Below are positions 1-13,564 of a stretch of DNA of 64,000 nt, in pieces. The DNA is from Selaginella moellendorffii (lineage: Eukaryota > Plantae > Lycopodiophyta). Every line of letters begins with the position of its first letter. Position 1 is the first letter of the stretch. Below the pieces are notes generated by a model. It did no database searches and was not told where the DNA came from. It worked only from the letters and a program-made list of their open reading frames with translations. Made by a program: the position numbers and the translations under genes. Where the stretch lies: positions 1,667,048-1,731,047 of the forward strand of contig NW_003314270.1 in NCBI RefSeq assembly GCF_000143415.4, written 5' to 3'.

Positions 1-3000
1 CTTTTACTGGGAATTTTTAGTAATGGATAAAACTAAGGAATTATATTTTCAATAATGATTTATAATACTTGAATTAGTTAATATATTCTAGGATAGTTAG
101 ATATATTGCTTTTAAGGAATTATATTATAAGATATTTCTCTATATTTCAAAATTAATAATTTCTTATTTATTATATATTTAATATAAAATGTTTATAATT
201 TAGAAAAATGTATTTATAAGTCAAAAATATGTACATTAAAAATACTAGCTTATATACAAAAGCAAGTGTTTTAGATTGATGAATATATATGTATATTCCC
301 CAATGTTACATAGGGACTAAAACAATATCAAGAGCACATTTTTACAAAGTGAAATTTAGGTGACTCCATTGTGAAACTTAAAGCCATTTGCTATACTTTA
401 CAACATTTGAAAAATGCCATGGAGTGTTCCACCACCAATGTGGCTCTAGTGCCAAAACAATACTTGATCACGATGTGACTCCAACTCGTAAATCCAAATG
501 AGGTGTGAACATTCTTGAACTCATAGTCGAAGCATGCTCCTACTTCCTATATATGGCCTATCTTCAAAAGAGTCTTAACCTAATGTGCCACCATCTCCAT
601 AACTGCTACTGTCTCTGTCATATGTCAAGGTTAGCAAGATTGCATAAATCTTACCAAAAAAACTCTATTTTTAGAGCCTTTACAATTGTTTTGAGAGTCT
701 TTTAGGACTGAAACAATTTGCCAGCACTAAAAGTAGAGGGATGATCTTAACCATTAGGCATTGCTAACCTACTAACTACCACCTAAGAACCTTTAGGGCT
801 TAGGGTCAATCTAGACTTATTGGATCTTGGATCTGAATGAAGTGCCACTACTAGGAGTGCTTCTTGCCACATCCAAAATACCAATTGTGAAGTCAAATTA
901 AGAAAAAGAGAAAAAACCAAACCATAGGAGTGAAAAGAATAAAAGAAAAACCTAAACTTTGCCATAACCACTCCACTAGAACTATCCCTCTTCTTTACCT
1001 CAATCACCCCCTAAACTCGAGTAAGTGTTTTAAATTGAACCTAGCTACAAAAATCCCATTATATTAATAATAGTATATAGTATTGTATTTGTCCATTTGA
1101 ATGTCATATCATCCCCTCCTTTTTGGTCAAAATGTCAAGATGTAAAGGAATATCAAAAGGAGGAATTAGTGGATCTATAGGTATGCAATTTGTTCTTGAT
1201 ATATTTTTACAAAGCACTTTATTCATTACACTTCTATAATTTTTGGAGGATCAACTTACTAAATGTTGTGTTAAACTTTATGAACTTGCAACCCAACTTA
1301 CTGTAACACTCAATAGGCCCTTAAACAAATGATATATTATAAGATTGTGAAAATGAACTCAACACCATATTGATAATCTTTTTGATTGTATTACATGATT
1401 TTAGGACCTAGCATGTAACTTGTGGTAATTGCAAAGGTAAACTCATCTTTCTTGATTATAAAAGATTATGACCATATAAAAATTTATATGGTAAAACACC
1501 AACAAATTCTACACTCTTATAATATATATACATACTAGAGAGATAGGAAATAACTATCCCAACCCGAATGCTAAAAGTTCACATATTTGTGATCATCTTT
1601 TTAAAGGTCTTAATAAATTATTTCACTAAACCATTCATTTATAAATGATAAACACTTATGAAAGTGTAGTATGTTCTCATTTGAGTTGTCAAAATATGAA
1701 ATCCCTTCGCTATAAACATATGACCATTATCCAAGAGAATTTACTTTGGACAAGACTCAATTTGATTGAGGAGAAAATATTTAATAACAATTTTAGATGC
1801 ACTAACAATACCATTAACTTCCACTCAATAAATTAAGTAGTTAAAAGTAAAAATGTCTTCATTGTTAGCAATCAATTGCAAAAAAGTCCCATCAAATCAA
1901 ATATCATTAGCTCAAATGGATGAAGAATTGAATTAACTCACCCCCATGAATGTATGCTTTGGGCTTTCACTTTAGTCCTAGGAGTTAATCTTTAGAATAA
2001 TATTGAAAAATTATTAAATATGGAATGGTGTTAAATTGTGAATTAAGATGTGGGAATAACACCATAGTGTTTAGGATACTTTCTACATTCTATAGATATG
2101 CCTCTCAGTTTGATCTATTATCTTACCATAAATAGCATATGAAACCAAAATAAAGCATAATAGTGAAGGTGTCTAGCGGACATAGTAAACTATTATATAG
2201 TAATATTGAGGGATTAGGCTTAATATGCACTTAGCAAAAAACACATAAGAGTTTCTACTTTATATTTATCTGGCTAAGTATAGATGCTAAACCCAATTTA
2301 CTAATACTTGGACAAGAAGGGCTAACAAAAGTAACTAATAATACCAATCTCTTGTTATTATGGTAGTGTCTATAAAGACTAATTGACAAGTATTCTTCTA
2401 TACCCAAAGTCATATTTGTTATATGTAAGATTCTCAAACTTATCATAAAGACTTTAGATTCACAGCTCAACATTTTTAGCCTTATGACCCTTATCTAAAG
2501 AAAGTAAATTCAACTTTATTCCTTGTGAACATTGAATATTAAGCACAACAATTGCTAATAGAATACAATCCTCATCTAGAAAATCCACTTTTGAATTTTA
2601 GGAATAAGAGAAGAGAGAGAAGAAAAAAGAACTTAAGAAAGAACATTAGTATTAACAATAAAACTCTCTAAAGTTTATAATTGCACTCAATTTAAGTTTT
2701 AATTTTATTTTGCTTTATCTTTAGTGAGATAGTGTAAATGGTATATAATCAATTGGTATGGCTTGATTTTAAGCCATACCAATTAATTATATACCATCTA
2801 CAACAATTAAAGCTCAAGCTCAAGATTTCCATATATATATATATAGTTAGGTTTACCTCATCCCATGCACATGTATATATAAGTTGTTGCCATAGAAAAT
2901 GAAGATTGGCTCTATTGCATGAGGCAAATATATATAATAATATGTGTCAACAGGCTAAGCATTAAAAGATAAACTCAAATTTATTACAAAGAAGATAATA

Positions 3001-4698
3001 AAGACCTCCTTTTATAAAAATGAGCTTGGAAAGTTTATAATAGATGAATTAGTGTAAAATAAACTCTTTGATAATATTTTGAAAGAAGGATGAAAGGTTC
3101 ATTAATTTATTCACGCAATGACCCTCTACTGCTCATATCGACTCTTTGTTTCTTAAAAGAATTTCTTTGTCAAGACTTTCCACTACAACAATATTAAACA
3201 CAAAGCCTTCACCTAAGAAATAAAGGATATCAATCTAAGAAATGTCAACAATACTAATATATGTAACCAATATCACCATACACTCAACAATGAATATCAT
3301 AACCATGTCTTTGTTTTAAATATAAGAAATAACATTAACCTCAAATCATCTCCCTAAAGAAGTGGAGTTAAAACACATATAGATATAAATGTGAAAGATG
3401 ATATTTTATACCATTATCCTAATTGTGAAGGGTAAGGGCAAGTGTATATATAGATCTTGACAAATAGTGGCCATAACATGTTTAAAGTTGGTTCATTTTG
3501 ACATATTTAGCTTGCATAAAATAGAACAAATTGCATAATTGAGTCAAACATCCCCTAATAAAGATGATGCAATTGTTGAAAGGTACCATTATAGTCATTA
3601 ACATGTCCCTTGAAGACATATAAAAAATTCATTTAAACATCCCAAAAATGATATATAATAATCACTATAAAGTAATTGAATCAATTGTACACATCATCCT
3701 TAATATTCCCATAGAAGAAATTCAGCTGAACACAAGGATTGGCTATAATATCAAGAAGAGCTACATCCTGTGTTATGAATGCTAGCATTAATCAAATTTG
3801 ATTATCTAACTACAACAACATAACATTAAGAATTATACGAGTTATTGCTTGAGGATGAAGAGGATAGTGCAAAGGAGGATTATGTTACTTTACCATGAAA
3901 ATGAACAAAAAGAAAAGGAAAAATAAAAAATTACAAGAATAAGAGAAATTTAAATTTAAAAATCCAAACACTTTTTAGGGACAATTAGAACTATACGTAA
4001 TATGAGTGTATAGAATGTGTATATTCAATTATGCCAAAACTTTAGTTTAGCAAATGGTCTAGATTGAATTTAATTTAATGGCTACCAAAATCCCACTATG
4101 TTAATAATAATATATATTAATAAAGCAATACACATATTTATTTTTATGCTATTATATAAATAGCATTGGCTATAATAGCATTACCTATTGTGAGAGAAGA
4201 AGGAAACTTGACATATATAACATGCATACATGGGAAAGAGTTAAATGGGGAAATTACTACTCATTCTCTGAATCTCAATTCCACTAGGGCCACTCCCTCA
4301 ACTCTATCCCTCTTATGGAGTGAAAGTTAAAGCTTTTGAATTAGCCATTGGGATCCATGCAAATTTGATGGTGCTCAATACATTGGACAGCATGCAAGCA
4401 AATTCATGAATTGAAATCTTAATATCAAATACAAATATTCATTGAGGGGTTGGCTCTCTTAATTTCCGTAAGTACTTAAGATTAGTATTAGACATTGCTT
4501 GGTAGTGGGATAATAAACAAGATTGCTAGCTCCAGCCAAAATAATTTATTTACTAATCCACAGAAAGTGTCCATCTTTTATTGATAATATGTGGATCAAA
4601 AAAACTTTGCCAACGGGGCAGCTTATGCTAGGCAATGTCTAGTGAACTTGATAAAATTGTCCATGTGTGCTGGTGTAAGGGTGAGAAAGGACAAAGTT

Positions 4699-4804
4699 TA
4701 GGGTTTAGAGCAAAATTCAACCGAAAAGATTCTTAGGAGAATATTCGCCAATCGTGTCCATTAATCGCGGCCGTTGAGAGCAAGCCGGATGGATTTTAGG
4801 GTTT
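4699..4804. promoter_or_regulatory. Putative promoter of the CPL3-like gene: two telo-boxes (TAGGGTTT) and one P1BS
   Basis: TAGGGTTT at 4699-4706 and 4797-4804 and GAATATTC at 4739-4746, 220-320 bp upstream of ATG 5023. Confidence 0.35.
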
Positions 4805-5022
4805 TTGCGGCTGCAAAGCAAACATCAATGACCAGCGAGTTTTGACGAGGGAAACCTTCTTTGCCCCTCCCCCTTAAGATCTTGTCTCGCGATCTCTTCC
4901 CCTCTCCCGCGGCCGCGCGAGATCGGTCAGATCAGTGGGGTGTCTCGTAGGTACGAACGAAAAATTAGGTCTTGAAAGGGAATTGGGCACACGGACCCTC
5001 GCTCTCTCGCTCGCTCGCTTCC

Positions 5023-8000
5023 ATGGCCACCCAATTCGCGATTGGCCTCGCGGCGCTGGAGAATCCCGTCGACCCTCAAGGCGATTTTGATGACGATCAC
5101 GAGGAAGGCGAGATCTCGGACGACGATGACGATGTTTTCGTCGCCACCGCCGCCGCCGAGCGCATCGAGTCGTCTGCGGCCGTTTCCACGTCCGGGAATG
5201 GATCGATTCGATCGCCCAGAACCCAGCACCACGTAAACTCTGGGAGAAGAGACTCGGAGAGCAAACACGATAACTCGATACAAACGGTGGTTAAACTAGT
5301 TAACAACGTTAGCGTGGGGAATGCATGCAAGTAAGTTTATTCTCTGTTATATTTTCGTCCCTCTTCTCTCCTTTTTTTTTTCCTTCCGGGATGGATATGG
5401 AATGTTTGATGGAGCTTTTGGTGCTTTCGCAGGTCTCCCAACGACGCATGCGCCCAGCTCCACGATGCTTTGCAGATTTTGGAGGAGCTGGATCAACCAT
5501 CTAACTGCGAGTTGGTTCAATCGCTCGTGTTGAAGATTTTAGACAAGATCCGGATCGTTTACTGCGTAAGTGTGCTGGATTTCCTGTTCTTGTTTCTCAC
5601 TTTGCTGATGGGATCCATCAGGTTTATAACGCGATAGGAGACGAGCAAAAACCCGGAGTCCTGCAAAGGTTTGTTATTTTTGTACAAGGCAATCGCTCAC
5701 ATTTTTTTCTTTCTCCAGTCTGGCTAAGCTGGCGAAGTTCTACACGGATAAGCTGTTCACGGCGAAACAAGTGGAAGAAGTGAGGAGACTTTTGCTCATT
5801 TTTTTCTTGATTGAGGATAACACCCGGAAAAAACTCTGCAGCTCAAGGGTCTGTATGAAGCCGTCAACCCAAAACTCGAGACTAGCAGCGATGGTAAGGA
5901 GCACGCTTATATACCGTGGGATGGAGGGACGAGCGGTGAGCACCCAACCTCGTCCTCACTGACGTCGTACACACACTATATGTCTGCGTCGTTCCCGATG
6001 GATGCTCTTCCTCCCAGCCCGACTCCCTCGAAAGAGGACGAAGCAGCGAGATACGGGAAAACTTTAACTGACAAAACCGAGACCGATTCTCAACCAGTTT
6101 TAAAACCCCGAGATCCCCGACGTGGTGCCTTGGAAGGAAACCCCTCCAGAAAACGAGAAGCGTTAAAGCCCGACTCACAAGCTTCTAAGCGTCAGAAGCT
6201 TCAGAGCGAGGCGGCTCCCCGCAGTGGAGGATGGCTGGAGCCCGAAGCTAAGGATGGCAAATCCATACTGGTCTGTTTACATCCTTTCATGTTTTCCTTG
6301 CTTCATTCTTCTTTGTTTTCCGTTTTTTATCAGATGAAACCTCGCGATCCAAGGCGTGCACTCTCCGAGACCACGAATCAGGAGGAGCAGCATATCACAA
6401 GTCTGGAAAATGGTACTGTGCGACCACCAAAGCCACCAGAGTTGAGGAATCAAGTGAAGGACACGGTTGAAGTTCTTCCTCCTTCCAACATTCCAGGATT
6501 GTTTCCCAGCATTCCGGGACTAGAAGCGGGCTCTCCTCCCGTTTTACAGAATGGAACCGAGTTAGACATCCATCCGGAACTGCAAGAGTTTTTGATTGAC
6601 CTCGACGAGGCGGAGCGCATTGCTTTTATCAAGGAGAGACAACGGAGGATGGACGAGCAGGACAAGATGCTGAGTGAAAAGAAGCTGTGCCTTGTGCTGG
6701 ACCTTGATCACACACTCTTGAATTCTGCAAAGGTGATTACTCTTGTTGCATCTTATTTTGTTGTTTTTGCTTATGGTTTTTTATACTTCTTTTCTGCCAG
6801 TTTATGGAGATCGAGCAAGAATGGGATCGATTTTTGCGTGCCACCGAGACCATCGAGCGGAACAAAGACGCGAAAGAAGGAACTCGGAGGGAACTTTACC
6901 GGTTTCCTTACATGTCAATGTGGACAAAGCTTAGGCCTGGCATTTGGAGATTTCTCGCACGGGTGATTATCTTTCTTCGTTTTCTTTTTTCGATTGTTGA
7001 AAGGTCTTTCTTAAAAACGTGTTTTTTCTTGTTTCCAGGCAAGCCAACTTTACGAGCTTCACCTCTACACAATGGGCAACAAAGCATACGCAACCGAGAT
7101 GGCCAAGCTTCTGGATCCAACTGGAGTCCTCTTTGCTGGCCGCGTGATTTCTAAAGGCGATGACGGTGATGCGCTCTACGGTGACGAGAAGACCCCGAGG
7201 AGCAAAGATTTGGATGGAGTGCTTGGAATGGAGTCGGCAGTGCTTATCATCGATGACTCTGCACGCGTCTGGCCACACCACAAAGATAACTTAATCGTGG
7301 TGGAAAGGTATACCATCTCCCGGGTCCCTCTTTTAAAGTTCCAAGTTCTTTTTTTCTCTCTTTTTTCTGTTCCTCTTGGTCTTTGTGATCTTCGTTGTTT
7401 TCTCTTTTTTCTGTTCCTCTTGATCTTTGTGTTCTTCGTTGCCTTGCTGACGATTAGAGACTTTGCAGATATATGTATTTCCCGTGCAGCAGGAAACAAT
7501 TTGGACTGCCCGGCCCCTCGCTTTTAGAGGTGGGACACGACGAGAGAGAAGCCGATGGAATGCTAGCATCCATACTAGGAGTAAGCCAACAAAACAAACT
7601 CTTTTCTTCCCTTGCTTTCGTTTCTTTTTCGTTTCTATCGAGCGAAGCTTACTTTTTACGAGCCAGGTGGTCGAGCGAGTTCACGAGGAGTTTTACTCCC
7701 GGCCGCTTCCAAAGGAAGTCGATATCCGGGAGGTTCTCTCCGTTGTCCAGAGACGCATTCTCGGTGGCTGCAAGATCATCTTTAGCCGGGTTTTCCCCGT
7801 CGAGGAGACGCAGCCGCAGCTCCACCCGCTGTGGAGGATGGCCGAGCAATTCGGAGCGGTTTGCACGACGAGGATGGAGGAGGATGTCACGCACGTCGTT
7901 GCGATCTCCATGGGAACAGACAAAGTAAGAAACCGATCAAAAACTCGATCAATAGTTGCTCAAACTCGTTTCTTTTTTTCTTTTCTTGTGTTGTGTTATA

Positions 8001-8208
8001 GTCGAACTGGGCTCTGGCAACTGGGAGATTTCTCGTTCGTCCTGCTTGGTACCGAGACAAGAAGAAAAAAGACCCAACATTTTTCTTCTTCTTATAAGCA
8101 GTTCCAAAGCCACTCGGAACTAACGTGTATTTTTTGTTTATCAGGGTGGAGGCGTCCACGGTGTTGTACCGGCGAGCCAACGAGAGAGACTTCCCTGTTC
8201 CCCCGTAA
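5023..8208 (+). CDS. CPL3: RNA polymerase II C-terminal domain phosphatase-like protein (CPL3-type, FCP1 + BRCT), multi-exon
   Basis: Spliced ORF pieces show N-terminal EEGEISD, repeated KPRDPRR, the FCP1 catalytic motif LCLVLDLDHTLLNSA, WTKLRPG, MGNKAYATEMAKLLDP, LIIDDS..VWP, and a C-terminal BRCT (LGGCKIIFSRVFP...AEQFGAVC...VTHVVA...GTDK). Short GT-AG introns; TAA at 8206-8208. Confidence 0.9.
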
Positions 8209-8313
8209 GCTTAAAAAAACACACGCGCACGCACACGCACAGTGAGACTATGAAACGAGAGAAACCTCCAAACCGACACCACAAAACAAAAAAACCACGA
8301 CGCGCTAAACCCT

Positions 8314-8603
8314 GGATATGCCAAGAATATTCCAAGACGAATATTCTCCCGGGTTGGCGTTAGAATTTGCGGGCGGCAGTGGAGCGGGTGGACTCTCTTC
8401 TGGTCGAACCTGTCAGTCAGCGAGCTTCCGTGCTTATACCTTGGGATTGAAGAGAAAGGGCCAAGGGACCCGCAACGCACCAGCTAGCGGGGCATATTCT
8501 GCCAGAAATTCACATCTCGGGGCACATTCTGTCAGTTCTTAGGGGTATATTCTGCCCGTGGCTCCGCGGGGAGAATATGCTGCTCTGCTGTGAAGGGATA
8601 TTC
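8314..8603. promoter_or_regulatory. Cluster of seven perfect P1BS (GNATATNC) PHR-binding elements
   Basis: GGATATGC 8314, GAATATTC 8325, GAATATTC 8339, GCATATTC 8492, GTATATTC 8545, GAATATGC 8573, GGATATTC 8596, plus near-match GCACATTC 8522; upstream of the aquaporin. Confidence 0.75.
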
Positions 8604-8934
8604 TGGGGGGATTTTTATTTTAATTAACGGGTGTCTACAATTCAAATTCCCGGAGGAGTGGCGGCGGAGGTGAGGTGGAGGGAGGAGACGTCGCCGCCGC
8701 CGCCGCTACACTGGCACACGTTCCTCTTGTCTTGTGTCTTTAGGGCGCCTGATCCGCCGCCTCGGTCCCCGGCAGTGCGAGAGAGGAGCATTTATTGCGG
8801 CGCGGCGGCGGTCGAGCTCATCAGCGCATTCCTCCACTCCCACGCAATGCGCGGCCCACGATCCCGCTAGGGCTCGCCTGGATTCTTCCGCATTAACACA
8901 GAGAGGCTGTGGATCGATCCGATAGGGGATCGCC

Positions 8935-10332
8935 ATGTCTTCGTCTTTCCAGATTGAGAGTGGAGGCGCCGGCACCAGCTATCGCAGCGGCGAGCTCCAG
9001 CCAGTGACACATTCTGGACGATACAGGTATGGCAGCGTCCTCTCTCTCCTTCTCTCTTTCTCTTCCGGGGGATTCTTGTGCTTCGATCTCGGATTTGGGG
9101 TTTTGGATGCCGGATTGATGGAAATTTTCCTTGTTCCAGGTCGAATCACGATCCCAGCACGAGCTACTACATTCCCACCGGGTCGGGGTACCAATCCCCG
9201 CCAGTATATGGGCAGCCTCCGCGACCTGGAATGGCGATGGATGAGGAAGCATTCAAGGACAAAGGGCTGCCCGCGCCGCCCCTGACGTGGAGCGGCCGAA
9301 TGGAGCGCTTCTTGGGTCTGATGGATTTCACAAACTGTGAGGTAAGCTATGAATTCTTCGGTCTCTCGAAAGAAAAAAAAAATCCTTTCATTTCAGGTGT
9401 GGCGTGGAACTCTGGTCGAGCTCGTCGGCTTCTCGGCTTTCCAATTCGCGCTTATAACCGGCATTGCCGCGTGCGTGGATTTCAAGCAGCGAGGAATCGC
9501 CATCGCTCTCGTCTACTTCCTCGTCTGGGCAGCGTGCATTCTCGCGGCACTGTCCGTGTGGGTGGGCGCCGGGCATCTCAACCCGATCTTCACATACACG
9601 ACCATGCTCACGGGCCACACGACCGCGGTGCGAGCAATGCTCTACATGGCAGCGCAGAGCTTGGGAGCTTTGATCGGGACTCTGGCAGCAAAACAGGTGG
9701 TGGCGCGGGACTTCGTCGAGAAAAACTCCCTCGCCGGGTGCCTCCTCGGAGAAGTCGTGAGAACCTCTCGGGGGCTCGAGTGGCCGGAGGGACTCACGCC
9801 GCGAGCGGGGCTCATCTCGGAGATCTTCTTCACGTTTCTTCTCATTTTCGTGGCCTACTCGACGCTCCTCGAGCCCGGGAACTTTCGCCAGACTGGTCCA
9901 ATTCTCGCTGCTCTCAGCATCGGTGGCGCGGCAGGACTGTTTACTTTCATCTCGTCGCAGCTCAAGTCTCCATACTACTCGGGCGCTGGGATGAATCCCG
10001 CGAGGTGCCTGGGACCGGCCATCGTCCAGGGAAGCACGCTCTGGGATTGCCACTGGGTGTTCTGGGCCGGTCCGTTCATCGCTGGAACCATTTTTGGGGT
10101 CGTGTTCCGGCTCGTCGCGAATAAGCAGCCACAGATGCTGACCACCGAGGAGGAATTCTACGCGCCTCCGCCGCCACAGGCCGTGGTTCCGGCTCCGGCA
10201 CCGACGCCGCAAGAGAAGAGGATGGACGTCTTTCTCCACATCAAGGCGATGCTACACCGGAGCGAGAGCGAGCGGGAGAGATCGAGGTCCCGGTCGAGGA
10301 ACTTGGTGGAGGAGATGCCGTCGCAACTTTGA
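8935..10332 (+). CDS. XIP: Aquaporin/MIP, XIP subfamily (3 exons; introns ~9027-9139 and ~9342-9397)
   Basis: Six hydrophobic segments, first box GHLNPI (variant NPA), second box GAGMNPARCLGPA with the NPARC signature, loop-C LAGC, and HWVFWAGP. Confidence 0.85.
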
Positions 10333-11002
10333 GGTTCGTGTACGTGAAAGTTTTTGGATTGGTTCTTGACCGAAAGTTTCGCTGTTTTTCGCATCTCAGG
10401 ACTGCCGCTGCTGCCGTGTAATGTGTATGTGATTGGTGAAAGCGAGAAGTAGCTATAAATCAAAGGTTGCGGTTACTGGAGAGCTAAGCTTACTTCACTG
10501 GTGATAGATGCCTTTGTTAGGTAACTATCTCCGTTTTGCAGGCTCAAAGTTAGGTGACCACACACCACCACCAGTTCGCCCATCAGCGTTGCGACGTCCG
10601 ATGATCCTGTTGCTATAATGGATCGTGAGCTGGAATCCATGGCGTTTGTACGCAAGTAAACTTTCTTTCGCTTTTCTTTCTCCTCTCCTTCGAAAGTTCT
10701 TTGGTTTCTTGCGTGCGTGGGACTCCTTCGTGATGGTGCAGCGAAGCCAAAAAATGTCGATCGATCGAGCAAGCAGCAGCGAGACAACATCAATCAATCA
10801 AGCAAGACTTTTTCGAAGAGCTGCTCGCTCGCCACGAGTCTAGGAAATAACTTTTTTTGATTCCACGATTTTGTTCCTCTCCATGATCGAGCTCTCAAGC
10901 ATTCAAGAATCCAGCTGCCTTAGCAAGCAAAAGTAATAGTCAAAAGCACGGACCCTTGCGCATGATAAGTTTGACGGAAAAATCAAATCTTAGGACCCAG
11001 TG

Positions 11003-11010
11003 GAATATGC
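11003..11010. promoter_or_regulatory. P1BS element upstream of the G3P transporter
   Basis: GAATATGC ~70 bp upstream of ATG 11078. Plant G3Pp genes are known to be induced by phosphate starvation. Confidence 0.55.
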
Positions 11011-11077
11011 TAGTAGAATCTTCTTCTTTTTTTTCAAAATGCCCTAATTAGGGCGCGCCTAGCGCCCAGCGCCGAGA

Positions 11078-12850
11078 ATGGAGGCGCGGGCCGTGGCGCC
11101 GGGCATCCAGCTCCTCCGGGCGCGCCGCGCCTCCAATTTCAGCCTCGGATTCTACAAGGCATCGGTTCTAGGGATCACATTCCTCGCCTACGCCGGCTAT
11201 CACGCCGCGCGCAAGCCGATCAGCATCGTCAAGGCCGTGCTCCATCCGGAGTACTCGGATCCAGGCTTCGCGGTGAGCCCGAGCTCCAATCTCTCCCCGT
11301 CCAGCAGCATCGATCCAGGAAATGCCCGGGAGGGGTGGAGTCCCTTCGTAGGGAGTCGAGGTAAAGCCAGGCTCGGGATTATAGATGTAGCTTTTCTAGC
11401 TTCTTACGCTATAGGAATGTACTTCGCGGGTCATCTGGGTGATCGTCTCAACCTCCGGTTTTTTCTTTCGGCTGGCATGGCGGGCAGCGGGGCATTCTCG
11501 TGCCTGTTTGGGATGGCTTACTGGTGGAAGGTCCATTCTCTAGGCTACTTCATACTCGTCCAGATGGTAGCGGGGGTCTTTCAATCCACAGGGTGGCCGT
11601 CGGTGGTGACCATTGTCGCGAAGTGGTTTGACAAGAGCAAGCGGGGATTGATCATGGGGATCTGGAACTGTCACACCTCGGCTGGAAACATCGTCGGCTC
11701 GCTGCTCGCGGCGGAGATGCTGCAGTATGGCTGGGGGTGGTCGTTTGTAGCTCCCGGTTTTCTCATGGCTATGGCGGCTTTGGTGGTTTTCTTCTTCCTG
11801 GCAGTGGATCCGGAAGAGGTTGATATGTCGTCTTCGATGGCGAGTGTTGGTGGTGGTGGTGGTGGTGCGAGTACGTCGGGGCAAGCAGCGGCGACTGAGC
11901 TGATAATGCTGAGGCAACCGCAGAGCATGGGTGGGAAGTTCCATTCGGTCATGATCGACGGGAGCTCGTTACAGGGCCTGGATATAAATGGCGACGGTGA
12001 GGAGTTTAGGGAGGTTTCTCTCGCGCCAGGGACGAGGAACGACTCGGCTGTGGGGTTTTTTGATGCCTGGATGATTCCAGGCGTTGCACAGTTCGCACTG
12101 TGCCTGTTCTTCTCCAAGCTGGTGGCTTATACGTTCCTCTACTGGCTTCCGTTCTACATAAGGCATACTAGTAAGTGTTCTTCGAGTTTTTGTGTTATAT
12201 ATAGTTCTAAGCGTTTTTTTATGTTTGTTTGGGCAGAGATCGCTGGCAACTATCTCTCCGATGGAATGTCGGGTCGATTGTCCACACTTTTCGACGTGGG
12301 AGGTATGTTTGGAGGCGTTGCTGCTGGCTACATTTCGGATCAACTCAACGCGAAAGCAACCACGGCGGCAACTTTTCTCTACGTTGCCGTCCCAGCGCTG
12401 GTTCTGTATCGCGTCTATGGCAGCTCGTCTCTAGCCGGCAACGTCGTGCTCATGGTCTTCCTGGGAGCTTTCATCAACGGGCCGTATGCTCTCATCACCA
12501 CAGCCGTGTCCGCGGACCTTGGCACTCACAGCTCGCTCAGTGGAAGCTCCAAGGCTCTGGCAACCGTGACCGCTATCATCGATGGCACGGGCTCCGTCGG
12601 TGCTGCTATTGGGCCGCTGCTAACGGGATTCGTGTCGGAGAAAGGATGGGACGCAGTGTTTGGGATGCTCATCACCTCGGTGCTCATCGCTGCGCTGCTG
12701 CTCAGCAAGCTCGTCTACACGGAGCTCACTGTAAAGTTTGCGAGCGCAAACGCCGCTCCTTTCCAGCCGCTTGGCGACGATCAGAGTAACGAGATTTTGC
12801 TCTTGGTTTTTAATGCTCTAACGTCCTTGTTTCCAGATCAATTCTACTGA
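11078..12850 (+). CDS. Glycerol-3-phosphate permease / sugar-phosphate exchanger (MFS, G3Pp/SLC37-like)
   Basis: Motifs [96 protein letters not shown]. Probable short introns near 12170-12236 and 12787-12836. Confidence 0.9.
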   Translation: MEARAVAPGIQLLRARRASNFSLGFYKASVLGITFLAYAGYHAARKPISIVKAVLHPEYSDPGFAVSPSSNLSPSSSIDPGNAREGWSPFVGSRGKARLGIIDVAFLASYAIGMYFAGHLGDRLNLRFFLSAGMAGSGAFSCLFGMAYWWKVHSLGYFILVQMVAGVFQSTGWPSVVTIVAKWFDKSKRGLIMGIWNCHTSAGNIVGSLLAAEMLQYGWGWSFVAPGFLMAMAALVVFFFLAVDPEEVDMSSSMASVGGGGGGASTSGQAAATELIMLRQPQSMGGKFHSVMIDGSSLQGLDINGDGEEFREVSLAPGTRNDSAVGFFDAWMIPGVAQFALCLFFSKLVAYTFLYWLPFYIRHTSKCSSSFCVIYSSKRFFMFVWAEIAGNYLSDGMSGRLSTLFDVGGMFGGVAAGYISDQLNAKATTAATFLYVAVPALVLYRVYGSSSLAGNVVLMVFLGAFINGPYALITTAVSADLGTHSSLSGSSKALATVTAIIDGTGSVGAAIGPLLTGFVSEKGWDAVFGMLITSVLIAALLLSKLVYTELTVKFASANAAPFQPLGDDQSNEILLLVFNALTSLFPDQFY

Positions 12851-13564
12851 CTTAGAGCTGTGACAAGCACAAGAACAAAGCGATAGGATTTTTCTCTGCT
12901 TGTAGTTCATGGTTGAGGTAATTGTTTCTCGCTAGTGTTTGGGCTCTAACCATTATCGGGTTGGTGTCGTGTGTGGTGCAGTTATCAAATGCTTTATGAC
13001 AAAATATTCCGCCAACCATGCGTCCTTGCAGAAAAGTGGCTTCGAAGGGAAGCATTAGGCTTATAACAGATCACAAGTAAATTCTTTTGCAACATCAAAA
13101 AGATCTACCATGGAAAGGTATGAAGGTTTCTAGTTTGCATGTTATCTAGGAAATTCTTTTTTTTTTTGTATAGTTATCTTTAAACTCTATAGAGGTGTTA
13201 TTAAAACTCACAAAACATAGAAATGTTTTTAAGTAATTTAGAATGCAATTAAAATTTGATTTGCAAATAAGTTTATAGGTTTTAAATTTTGATTATTGAA
13301 AAAAAATTATATTAGAAAGAATATATTTTTTCTTTTTTATAAAACATAGTATATGGAAAGGGAATACAAAAATGTACATATTAATTATCTCAAAAACCTT
13401 AATTTATATATAGGAGTGAGTGATTGAAATTAATCCAACGGTTAATATTAGTGTACGACTGTTAATATTAGTATACACAGTGATAATTTTGTATAATTTA
13501 TGTAATTAATATATAAAAGGTCATATCTTCAAAAATAAATAAATACATTATATAATCCTTGATT

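Noticed and set aside
1-4600. Short ORFs in AT-rich DNA; faint integrase-like words (e.g. PFELMIFDLMG on the - strand near 1880-1930)
   Set aside because: No coherent frame; probably very old retroelement debris, too decayed to annotate.
6700-6730. Local capture of the host CPL3 phosphatase domain by the transposon
   Set aside because: The cargo domain (DLNGVL) is very different from CPL3 (DLDHTL) with no visible DNA similarity; proximity is probably chance.
9388-10239. 283-aa antisense ORF over the aquaporin (and similar antisense ORFs over the transposon genes)
   Set aside because: Shadow frames of GC-rich coding sequence with no recognisable motifs.
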